From positions 110,234-131,354 of IMG/VR virus record IMGVR_UViG_3300042887_002597: a DNA stretch of 21,121 nt; one strand, written 5' to 3'. Below are positions 1-8,386 of this stretch, one piece after another. The notes beneath the pieces were generated by a model that did not search any database, was not told the DNA's origin, and saw only the letters and a program-made list of their open reading frames with translations. This DNA comes from a virus. Lineage: Duplodnaviria; Heunggongvirae; Uroviricota; Caudoviricetes. The position numbers were made by a program, and so were the translations under genes. Each line of letters begins with the position of its first letter. Positions within the stretch are counted from its first letter, which is position 1.

Positions 1-626
1 ACTGCTGCTAACGAGTTAGGTACTGCACATCCAAGATTATTGTGAGCGTGGAATCCAATAGGTATGTTCACCATCTCTTTCATAATACTAATTCGTATAC
101 TCACATCCGCTGGTAAGTAAGTTCCAGTTGAATCCATTATGATAATAGCTTGTGCACCATAATCCTCCATGATCTTAGCTTGTTGAGCTAATTCTATTGG
201 GCTTATTAAAGCACTCATCATCAATACACCATAAACTTCCTTACCGGTCTTGGCAAGATACTCTATGTGTGATTTAGATAAAGTAGCTTCTGTGCAGTGA
301 GTTGCTACTCGAAACACATCCACACCATAGTCTATAGCAGCCTTAGCATCATCAATAGTTGATAGTCCTGGGATTGTATGAATACCAAGCTTGGAGTTTT
401 TAAGATGCTTCTTAGCTGTAGTGAGCATCTCTTGGTCTGTATTAGGTGACTTGCCTATCAAGAGAGATGATGCAGCCAATCCATTTCCATGTCCTACCTC
501 TACAATAGGAATACCAGCCTTCTCTGCAAACTGACAATACTTTTCTATACTATCTAAACTGATAGTATGCTTTACGCTATGGTTTCCGTCTCTTAGACTA
601 GAGTCTGTTATGATAATGTTGTTCAT
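1..626 (-). CDS. mhpE: 4-hydroxy-2-oxovalerate aldolase (DmpG/MhpE, class II, HMGL-like TIM barrel); 3' end runs off the window
   Basis: Not in the ORF track. Manual translation from ATG at 626 is open to the window edge: MNNIIITDSSLRDGNHSVKH...IVEVGHGNGLAASS...FRVATHCTEA...IIMDSTG...IGFHAHNNLGCAVPNSLAA. It has the LRDG, EVxHGxG, HCTEA and GFHxHNNLG motifs of DmpG. ATGA overlap with the upstream acylating aldehyde dehydrogenase, its usual partner. Confidence 0.95.
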   Translation of the reverse strand, partial: MNNIIITDSSLRDGNHSVKHTISLDSIEKYCQFAEKAGIPIVEVGHGNGLAASSLLIGKSPNTDQEMLTTAKKHLKNSKLGIHTIPGLSTIDDAKAAIDYGVDVFRVATHCTEATLSKSHIEYLAKTGKEVYGVLMMSALISPIELAQQAKIMEDYGAQAIIIMDSTGTYLPADVSIRISIMKEMVNIPIGFHAHNNLGCAVPNSLAA

Positions 627-1483
627 GCTTCTGTTAATTTTTCGGTAACTTTAATTGCTGCACAGTTGATAATATCTAGGTTACCTGCATACGCTGGTAG
701 ATAATCACCTGCTCCTTTCACTTTGATACTCAATACTACAACTCCATTCTCATTCATTGTTGGAGGCAATACTAATTCGTAGTATGGTATGTATGTTTTG
801 AGTTCTTGTATCTTCTCCGTGATCTCCTCTGTTAAGTTTGTAAACTGTATGTCTTTAGTCTTAATGAAGATAGTTGTCTGCATGTCCACACAAGGCTCTG
901 CTGGATTTAGATTCAAGATAACTTTAGTGTTACTGCATCCAGTGAACTTGGTTATAGCTTTCTTTGTTGTTTTAATGTAGTTGTCTACATTGATACGAGT
1001 AGCCATACCAGCACTCTTAGAAGCAATCTGCGATACAATCTCAATGTACTCCAATCCTTTGCAGTGTTTAGATATTAGATGCAGCATAGGCATAGAAGCT
1101 TGTCCGCCACACGTAATCATATTAACATTGTCGTCAGTTAGAATGATATCAGAATTCACATCAGGAACGCACATATCACCTACTTTGGCTGGAGTTAAGT
1201 CTATAACTTTCACTCCTTGCTCTTTGAACACCTTTGCATGTTCCATTGCATCCAATGCACTTGTACAGTCGTACACAACATCACAGCAGTTAGGATTTGC
1301 TTTGAAGTACTCGATACCTTGATCAGACACAAACACTCCTTTCGATTTGGCAATGTTCATTCCATCGGAATCTAATCTACGTCCTACAAAAGCAACTACG
1401 TCTATAAAACCTGACCTTAGTGCTTTGAGTAAGAGATCGGTACCTATATTACCGGTACCAAGGATTGCTGCTTTTATTTTCAT
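623..1483 (-). CDS. mhpF: Acetaldehyde dehydrogenase (acylating), DmpF/MhpF family
   Basis: Rossmann motif AAILGTGNIGTDLL, DLTPA, catalytic-Cys motif NMITCGGQA, SKSAGxATRxNVD, and C-terminal GAGDYLPAYAGNLDII. Adjacent to the DmpG aldolase. Confidence 0.95.
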   Translation of the reverse strand: MKIKAAILGTGNIGTDLLLKALRSGFIDVVAFVGRRLDSDGMNIAKSKGVFVSDQGIEYFKANPNCCDVVYDCTSALDAMEHAKVFKEQGVKVIDLTPAKVGDMCVPDVNSDIILTDDNVNMITCGGQASMPMLHLISKHCKGLEYIEIVSQIASKSAGMATRINVDNYIKTTKKAITKFTGCSNTKVILNLNPAEPCVDMQTTIFIKTKDIQFTNLTEEITEKIQELKTYIPYYELVLPPTMNENGVVVLSIKVKGAGDYLPAYAGNLDIINCAAIKVTEKLTEA

Positions 1484-3231
1484 CTTATTACTAATTTGCT
1501 TCGTTCATTAACACCGGTAATCATAGCTTCTTCTATGTTATTGAGAGGGAGTAATGGTGACATCTCCTCGAGTAGACCAGCCTTAATTGTGTTATCTTGT
1601 TGTTTCATTCCTCTCACCTTTGGTATAAACTCCTGCTCAGGATCCATAAACACCTCCATGATACCACATCCAGGATCATTTATGAAGCTATCCATCTGCT
1701 CTTCTGTATAATACGGAAATTCAAACGCTTTTGCAACTTTTTTATAGTCTGGTAGAGTTACTCCGGTATTTTTATCTACACAAGTCTTGTGTCCTTGGAA
1801 CAACATCTTCTGAGTATGCTTGATCATTAGATACCCATCGTTGTTAAATATGATAATCTTAACTGGTAGGTTGTGTGTCTTAATAGTCTGAAGCTCTTGT
1901 AGGTTCATCATCATACCACCATCGCAGTTAAGACATAGTACTGGTTTGTCTCCGAAGCCTGCTCCTACTGCTGCTGCCAATCCATATCCCATCTCACCCA
2001 ATCCCAAAGACGTGAACATCTTTTGATTAGGCTTTATGTTGAATCCATAGAAGCCACTCAATAGAGCTGTACCCATGTCTGTTACTATTGTGTAGTTGTC
2101 AGGCCATGCTGTTGATAGCTTATCTATGAAAGTGTAAGAGTTAGTTGGATCGGCTAAATGCTCAGGCATTACCAATGGATACTCTTGCTTCATCTTGTTG
2201 CAATAGTCCACCCATGGTTGAATATCCAACTCAATAGATATCTGAAACTCATTAAGTAGTCTTATTAGTGATTTTGCATCTACGTTGTAGTTCTTCCCAT
2301 TAAACTTTCTAGTCTCAGTTGGATCGATATCAACATGGATTATCTCAGCGTTCGGAGCAAAGTCCTTTCTCGAGTATCCAGTTTGCAATAACGACAGCCT
2401 ACTACCCAATACAATAATCAAATCACTATTCTGTACTATGAAGTTGGCAGCACGCTGTCCTTGAACACCAGGTCTTCCAAAGTTGTTTGGATTGTCAGTT
2501 GCTAATAAGTCAACTGCTGACCAGCTTAATACTGTAGGTATTCCATGAGTATCAACGAGCTCTCTAAACTGACTCTCACCACCTGATAGCTTTACTCCAT
2601 GCCCTCCTAAAATTAAAGGACGTTTTGATTCGTTAAGTTTATTGACAATGTACTTAGCTTCTTCGATTGGCTCATCTGGTGAGTATGTGTATTCTGGAAA
2701 GCCACTAAACTCAGTTAGTTGACTTTGTGTATCAAACGGTACTTCTAAGTACACAGGTCCTGGTCTTTTACCATTAGTAATGGCATTAGCGAGCGCTAAG
2801 GTTTCAACTACATTATCTTTAGTAATACGAACAGAGAGCTTAGTGCAATTTTTGTAGGTTTCAACAGAATCATATCCCTGAACTCCGTACATACGCATGT
2901 CACTATACTCTTCAATGTAGTATGTTTGTTCCTGCCCTGCTATGATAATTCCTGGAATAGAGTCTGCCCAGTTGGATAGTATTCCTGTGAATGCATTTGA
3001 TGATCCACCGCCTGCTGTAACTAAAGCTACAGAAAGCTTGCCTGTTGCTCTATAATAAGCTCCCATAGCCATCACAGCTGCTTGTTCGTGATGGGTTGGT
3101 ATAAGTTTAATTTGCTCACATTTACTTAGAGAATCGTAGATGTAGGAATTTGCTGATCCTATAATACCAAAAACTACCTCTATGTTGTTAGCAAGGAGGT
3201 AGTCTCTGATGATGTCGCTGACTTTTACCAT
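1480..3231 (-). CDS. Thiamine-diphosphate-dependent enzyme, acetolactate-synthase-like fold; probable YerE-type sugar carboligase
   Basis: HHEQAA catalytic-Glu motif, TAGGG.SNA, SGKRP-like GKRPGPVYLEVPFD, central FAD-domain-like segment (GSRL, HVDIDP), and ThDP-binding motif CDGGMMMNLQEL...NNDGY. The YerE-type role is inferred from its position between RmlB and DmpF/G. Confidence 0.85.
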   Translation of the reverse strand: MVKVSDIIRDYLLANNIEVVFGIIGSANSYIYDSLSKCEQIKLIPTHHEQAAVMAMGAYYRATGKLSVALVTAGGGSSNAFTGILSNWADSIPGIIIAGQEQTYYIEEYSDMRMYGVQGYDSVETYKNCTKLSVRITKDNVVETLALANAITNGKRPGPVYLEVPFDTQSQLTEFSGFPEYTYSPDEPIEEAKYIVNKLNESKRPLILGGHGVKLSGGESQFRELVDTHGIPTVLSWSAVDLLATDNPNNFGRPGVQGQRAANFIVQNSDLIIVLGSRLSLLQTGYSRKDFAPNAEIIHVDIDPTETRKFNGKNYNVDAKSLIRLLNEFQISIELDIQPWVDYCNKMKQEYPLVMPEHLADPTNSYTFIDKLSTAWPDNYTIVTDMGTALLSGFYGFNIKPNQKMFTSLGLGEMGYGLAAAVGAGFGDKPVLCLNCDGGMMMNLQELQTIKTHNLPVKIIIFNNDGYLMIKHTQKMLFQGHKTCVDKNTGVTLPDYKKVAKAFEFPYYTEEQMDSFINDPGCGIMEVFMDPEQEFIPKVRGMKQQDNTIKAGLLEEMSPLLPLNNIEEAMITGVNERSKLVIR

Positions 3232-4193
3232 ATAAATTTATTCTTGTAATAATCAACTATACTGCTTATTTCTTCATTAAACAACTTTTTAGGTGACCAA
3301 CCTAATGCTTTTATCTTATCATCATCTAAGGCATATCGAACATCTTGTCCTGGTCTATTGCATGAAAAGTCTATGAAGTGATCATCTAGGTAAAAATCAC
3401 CCCAATTCTCTATTTCGATAAACTTACTGATTACCTGCTTTACTGTCTCGATGTTCTGCTGTTCAAAACCACCAGCTACATTGTATATTTCACCAACTTG
3501 TCCTTTCTCAATGAGAGTAATAACAGCTTCTGCAGTATCGTCTGCGTGTAGCCAGTTACGATAAGGAGTTCCATTGTTGTGTAGTGGTATCTTACGACCT
3601 AGATTTAGGCACTTAACTGCTTTTGGTATCAGCTTCTCAACATATTGACCAATTCCGTAGTTGTTGGTTGGTCTGATGATCATATAAGGCACATTGTGAG
3701 TTCTACCCCAAGCCATTACCAACATGTCTGCAGCTGCTTTAGTTGCTGAGTAAGGGTTACTTGGTTTGAGTAGATGATCCTCAGCATGAGCTCCTTCATC
3801 GATATCACCATATACCTCATCTGTACTAAAGTGCAACAGTACTGGCTTCTTAGCGTTCTCACCTCTATGGTTCTTTATCAGCTCCAAAAGGTTATGCACT
3901 CCATCTATATTAGACTTGACAAACTCAGTGCTACTCGCTATAGAGTTTCCAACATGAGTCTCAGCTGCTGTATTGATTACAAAATCACAGTCGTATAGAA
4001 ACTTCAACTCGTTGATATCGCAATGAACAAATGAGAAGTTTGGGTACTTCTTAAACTCTGTCAGCAAATCCTTTCTTGCTGCATAGGTAATCTTATCGAC
4101 TCCTTTTACAAACCATCCCTTCTCTAAACACTTTCTTGTAACGTAGGATCCTATGAAGCCTAGACATCCTGTGACGTAAACTACTTTTTTCAT
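3225..4193 (-). CDS. rmlB: dTDP-glucose 4,6-dehydratase (RmlB/RfbB family SDR)
   Basis: TGCLGFIGS, VDKITYAA, INTAAETHV, catalytic STDEVYG, PYSATK (YxxxK), RPTNNYG...EKLIP, RPGQDVRYALD. Confidence 0.92.
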   Translation of the reverse strand: MKKVVYVTGCLGFIGSYVTRKCLEKGWFVKGVDKITYAARKDLLTEFKKYPNFSFVHCDINELKFLYDCDFVINTAAETHVGNSIASSTEFVKSNIDGVHNLLELIKNHRGENAKKPVLLHFSTDEVYGDIDEGAHAEDHLLKPSNPYSATKAAADMLVMAWGRTHNVPYMIIRPTNNYGIGQYVEKLIPKAVKCLNLGRKIPLHNNGTPYRNWLHADDTAEAVITLIEKGQVGEIYNVAGGFEQQNIETVKQVISKFIEIENWGDFYLDDHFIDFSCNRPGQDVRYALDDDKIKALGWSPKKLFNEEISSIVDYYKNKFIW

Positions 4194-5149
4194 ATTATAT
4201 TATGCTTGATTAAATACTCATTAACTAAATTGTGATATGTTTGAGGTTTCCCATAATTAACTCCCTCTAACACTGTATGTCCTATAAAATGAACTACCTT
4301 TGACTTCAGACTAACATCCCAACCACCTAACTCACTTTCTGGATTAATCTCTCCAAACAATGGATGATATCCCCAGTTAGGACAGACGAAGTACTGGTCT
4401 GGTGTCATTATGTGTGGTGCTTTTTTAGATTTAATAATGTTCATTACTCCAAAGAAAGATTGCTGCTGTGTGTCTATAACAGACCTTTCTGGACCTACTA
4501 ACTCTTTTCCGTTTTCATCATAGATACCTCTATAATTGAATAGATTCAACATAAACAAAAAATACTCAGGATCCAAGAAATCATCATACATATCTAGTCT
4601 GATTCCCTGTATTCCTGCATTAAAACCTAATAGGTGAGGATTAATCTGCTTATAATACTCCCAAGCTCCTTCGTATATTTGAAAGATAGTGTTAGCTAGT
4701 GCTTTATCGCAGTTGCTATTGAGTGGCTCATGTAGCAAGCAAGGTAGTTCGTTTACCAAACAGTACTTGAGTTCAAACAACTCGTCTCCCAGTATAATAT
4801 CATCATCGTATATTAGATAGTAATTTGTGATATTATTCTTTTTAAGGTAATGACCATGTAGGATAAAGTATATGGCTTTGAACTTAGCAAAGCTGTCAAT
4901 TTTTGATTGATCTACTCCATAGTCTAAGCAATATTGATCTAGCTGCGATTTAGTATAATCTACTATGTTGGCGTTCAAATCTTGTATCTTAGCACTCCAC
5001 TCATCGGTGTAGTCCTCATCATCCCATAGTATGTGAAATTCAATCTCAAACTCGGATAACTTTGTTATTGCTTGGTGGATGGCAAAGAATGCTGATTTAT
5101 TCTTTGCTCTATACATATTGGCTATGACCAATCGTGGCTTTGCTGTCAT
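4190..5149 (-). CDS. Hypothetical protein, probable GT-A-fold glycosyltransferase
   Basis: Hydrophobic strand followed by a DDD motif (YYLIYDDDIIL), GFNAGI segment, QQSFF, and a late HFIGH. This layout resembles GT8-like enzymes, but I do not recognise a specific family. Confidence 0.5.
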   Translation of the reverse strand: MTAKPRLVIANMYRAKNKSAFFAIHQAITKLSEFEIEFHILWDDEDYTDEWSAKIQDLNANIVDYTKSQLDQYCLDYGVDQSKIDSFAKFKAIYFILHGHYLKKNNITNYYLIYDDDIILGDELFELKYCLVNELPCLLHEPLNSNCDKALANTIFQIYEGAWEYYKQINPHLLGFNAGIQGIRLDMYDDFLDPEYFLFMLNLFNYRGIYDENGKELVGPERSVIDTQQQSFFGVMNIIKSKKAPHIMTPDQYFVCPNWGYHPLFGEINPESELGGWDVSLKSKVVHFIGHTVLEGVNYGKPQTYHNLVNEYLIKHNII

Positions 5150-6843
5150 TTTCTCGTAACTCCTTTATTTATAATATCTTTATAATACATATCGTACAGC
5201 ATGTCGTTATCTAGGGGCCACTTGAAGCAAGCTTCAAAGTTTGCACGAACAAACTCTAACATAGACTCATACTTTTCTGGAGTAAGGCTGTCAATTATTG
5301 CATCCAATTCCTCTTGGTTATTGAAGTATAAGATACCCCTTGTATCAAAAAACTCACCAATGTTTATACATCCGTGGTAGATTGGAACAGTTCCAGTGAG
5401 GAAGCAATCTATAATCTTTTCTGAGAAATAGTTATCGTCGCATGATACATTTTCAATAGCAACACTAAATCTATAATCTCTCAGCGCATCGAGCTTACTT
5501 GGTATCTCTCTTCCCATGCCTCTACCAAACAAATCTATCTTATGTCTAATTGCTTTAATGAACTCTAACCTCTTTACGTGTCCTGGTAGAAATGCTTTTG
5601 ATGATACTACAGCAGACACCATCTTGCTTTTTGGATAAACTTGATAGGTACCTTCTGGTATCTCGTACGTATCTATGAGTTCTGATTTGTATGGTGGATG
5701 TCCGTATGGATTAGGCAGTCTATTGAATTGTGTAACCTCTGTTGGTGGTAGGAAATACGCGTTTGGAATTCTATTCAACAACTCTCTATCGAAGGTAAGC
5801 ACAGCATCAAACTTCTCATAGTTTTCTATAATAGCGTTATATATTCTGCGCTGGAAGTACTCTCTCTGTTCGAATAATCTTGCCACCAAAGGTGCTTTTC
5901 TAGTCACAGTAAACTCTCCATTAAGGTATTGGAGTATCGCAGGATCGCATAATACGGTCATATCAAATTCACCATCTGTTTGCTGATACACGTAAGTAAA
6001 CTTAGTTGGAACATTGCAGTACTCAAAGTAGTAATCTTGATTCCAAGAGTTTACTTGTGGTAGTCTTTCTCCAGTCAACCCTTCTTTGAAATGCTTCCTA
6101 TTTCTTATCTCTAACTCATACTTGGAGTTGTCATTGCTTTCGCGTTCTTGTGTTCTTACCGTGTTTTGATTGCTTTGATTATAGACTGCTGTGTAGAAAT
6201 CGACTACGGCAATCTTCTCTTTTGGACACATCTCCATATAAGGAAATTGGAATGCTAGGTCAGAGGCATGCCAGTAATAGCTTCCATCTTCAAGAGTCTT
6301 GAGAGCATCCAAAGGTAGAGCTTTGTATAAAAAGTTCCTAAAGGTTCTTGTATGTGATGCCCTCCATTGATCTCTTCTATAAAGCTTATGGTTGTGTACA
6401 AAATCTGGGTATGGTGTTGATTGTGGGTATGGAAGTTTTGGTGTATCACTACCATCCCAACAAACAAATCCACCATAAGTCATCCAACAATCCTTTTCGT
6501 TATAAAAGTCGTTAAGTTGTTGGAGTACATTTTCATCATACAACCAATCGTCTCCATCGAGATGCACTATGATGTCATCAGGATCAGTTAGGAAACTATC
6601 CAAGTTTTCAAAGTAGTTGAGAGTAGCTCCCAAGTTAGTCTCATTCTTTCTTACCATCCAGTTTGAGAGACCATTAACAGCTTCCAACACCTTCTCATAA
6701 GTGCTGTCAGTTGATGCATCGTCTATATACAATACATCGTAGTTTGTGTAGGTTTGATTCAACACACTAGCTACATTATATTCATACCAGCTTTCATTAT
6801 TAAACGAAGGTATGATTATTTTGAATTTATTTTGTTTATCCAT
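5146..6843 (-). CDS. Two-domain glycosyltransferase: N-terminal GT2 plus C-terminal GT10 (alpha-1,3-fucosyltransferase-like)
   Basis: N-terminal: IIIPSFN, SVLNQTYTNYDVLYIDDASTD, VHLDGDDWL. C-terminal: IDLFGRG and the GT10 motif YRFSVAIEN...NYFSEKIIDCFLTGTVPIYHG. Confidence 0.85.
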   Translation of the reverse strand: MDKQNKFKIIIPSFNNESWYEYNVASVLNQTYTNYDVLYIDDASTDSTYEKVLEAVNGLSNWMVRKNETNLGATLNYFENLDSFLTDPDDIIVHLDGDDWLYDENVLQQLNDFYNEKDCWMTYGGFVCWDGSDTPKLPYPQSTPYPDFVHNHKLYRRDQWRASHTRTFRNFLYKALPLDALKTLEDGSYYWHASDLAFQFPYMEMCPKEKIAVVDFYTAVYNQSNQNTVRTQERESNDNSKYELEIRNRKHFKEGLTGERLPQVNSWNQDYYFEYCNVPTKFTYVYQQTDGEFDMTVLCDPAILQYLNGEFTVTRKAPLVARLFEQREYFQRRIYNAIIENYEKFDAVLTFDRELLNRIPNAYFLPPTEVTQFNRLPNPYGHPPYKSELIDTYEIPEGTYQVYPKSKMVSAVVSSKAFLPGHVKRLEFIKAIRHKIDLFGRGMGREIPSKLDALRDYRFSVAIENVSCDDNYFSEKIIDCFLTGTVPIYHGCINIGEFFDTRGILYFNNQEELDAIIDSLTPEKYESMLEFVRANFEACFKWPLDNDMLYDMYYKDIINKGVTRK

Positions 6844-6849
6844 AAAGGT

Positions 6850-6878
6850 AATATAGGCAATTTATAAGCAAATCACAA
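6850..6878 (-). promoter_or_regulatory. Candidate sigma70-like promoter, TTGTGA-N17-TATATT, ending 6 nt before the ATG at 6843
   Basis: Minus strand reads TTGTGA tttgcttataaattgcc TATATT accttt ATG. It occupies the only intergenic gap longer than 10 nt in the window. Motif match only; AT-rich DNA yields such matches by chance. Confidence 0.35.
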
Positions 6879-8021
6879 CGATAATCCATATCCTTGGTAG
6901 GCTTGCAAGTACGTATTTAGTACGTTTTGTTCAACTTTCTCCTCAATGTGTGGATTGTATCTTTGATCACTATACATCATCTGCAACACTCCATGCAACC
7001 TATGCTGAACCATACTATCTTGATCTAAGGATGGATTGATGTCAATCTCAGCTACTCTAGCTTTCCAGAAAAGTGGTATGTCATCTAGGGTGATCCTATC
7101 ATCTGCTCCTGTAGCATCAAAAGCAAAGTAGTTTAGAGTTGGGTTAAGGTTTACCCATCCTTCCTTTCGATCTGTGTAACCATATCGTATACGAATATTA
7201 TGGTCAAAGAATCCTGGTGGTATGCTTATCGATGGGCATGTGTTGTTATCTATCAGCTGGTGCGTGTAACCATCAAAGTGTCTAAATTGCTCTTTAAGTG
7301 GAACTATAATATCCTGCTGAGGTAGTGGTACTCTGAGAGCTTGGCGGATGGTTGGAATAGATGCTTCTCCGATACCATCTGTTCGTGGTAGACTTAGATC
7401 ACCCCAGTTACCTGTAAAGAACCAATCATAGTACAGTTGCTTTGTCATAACAATAATGCTATCTACTGAAACTGTTTTAAAGTGTAAATGGTTATCATTG
7501 GCTGAGTAGTCTGCAAAGGGTTGCTTAGGTGCTATCTGATTTAGCTCTATGTAACCACACTTGGCCCACCTTATGTTCTCTGGCCAGTGACTGATTGCTA
7601 TTGTTGCAGTGCTTGGATACGCTGACTTCGCTACGTTCACCAAGTCTTGTAGATGATTGTTGCTTGAGTCAATGAATACGTGATCGTGGTTACCTAAATA
7701 CAAAATTAGATCATCGGTAAATTCTCTATATAAGGATTGCCATTCGCTTTGCTTCTCACATCGCTGTCGAGAGTAAGTTAGATCAACACCGTCGTATTCT
7801 TTACGTACGAATTGCTCAAACTCCTCTATTTCTTGTGTAGTGTGATTAGGATCAAACTCTACGTTAATTATAGCCTTTGTCCAAGGATACGCAACTGCTA
7901 AACTAGCCAGGCTGTATTTTGCAACCTCTAGCTTCTGGTACGATGGTAAATTACCTCTGTCGTGTATACAGAACTGATTACCAGGAACATTTGTAATGTA
8001 TACGTTAAATAATAGTATCAT
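6873..8021 (-). CDS. Hypothetical protein (382 aa), possibly a divergent GT-A-fold transferase
   Basis: Long open frame that tiles between its neighbours. ILYLGNHDHVFID falls where a DxD-type motif would lie after a hydrophobic strand. No family confidently recognised. Confidence 0.75.
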   Translation of the reverse strand: MILLFNVYITNVPGNQFCIHDRGNLPSYQKLEVAKYSLASLAVAYPWTKAIINVEFDPNHTTQEIEEFEQFVRKEYDGVDLTYSRQRCEKQSEWQSLYREFTDDLILYLGNHDHVFIDSSNNHLQDLVNVAKSAYPSTATIAISHWPENIRWAKCGYIELNQIAPKQPFADYSANDNHLHFKTVSVDSIIVMTKQLYYDWFFTGNWGDLSLPRTDGIGEASIPTIRQALRVPLPQQDIIVPLKEQFRHFDGYTHQLIDNNTCPSISIPPGFFDHNIRIRYGYTDRKEGWVNLNPTLNYFAFDATGADDRITLDDIPLFWKARVAEIDINPSLDQDSMVQHRLHGVLQMMYSDQRYNPHIEEKVEQNVLNTYLQAYQGYGLSL

Positions 8022-8023
8022 TG

Positions 8024-8386
8024 TTATATGCTAATATCTCCTATTCCTCTATTCCTTTCAACATTAATTGCAAAAGCCCCTTGTGCTCCGTCTGGCTTAG
8101 TGTCATTTATCAAATATCGAACTCCACCACCAACACCCATGATAAGTTGATCGTAGACTATGCCTGCTTCTTGAAGCTGTCTCTCGGTTTGTGTACGAGA
8201 ACCTTCTCGTCGTCCGGTAATTAAAATTATATTATAACCACAACGATCCCACTCCATAAGCTTTTCAAGAGTGCCATCTAACACAGTCATTTTGTAATTT
8301 GGATTCTGTGTTGTAGTGGGTAGCTCATGTTGAACGAGTGTACCATCAATATCACAGAGTATGGTTTTAGGCCTAGTATCTATCAT
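8024..8386 (-). CDS. Small capless HAD-superfamily phosphatase
   Basis: Motif I ILCDIDGTL (DxDGT), motif II LITGR, YDQLIMG, and a motif IV-like LIND. The 120-aa size matches capless HADs found in polysaccharide loci (BcbF/EcbF-like). Confidence 0.85.
   Translation of the reverse strand: MIDTRPKTILCDIDGTLVQHELPTTTQNPNYKMTVLDGTLEKLMEWDRCGYNIILITGRREGSRTQTERQLQEAGIVYDQLIMGVGGGVRYLINDTKPDGAQGAFAINVERNRGIGDISI

Noticed and set aside
1-1483. Aromatic meta-cleavage operon
   Set aside because: There are no upstream catabolic genes in the window and the pair is coupled to sugar-nucleotide genes. Genes left of the window are unseen.
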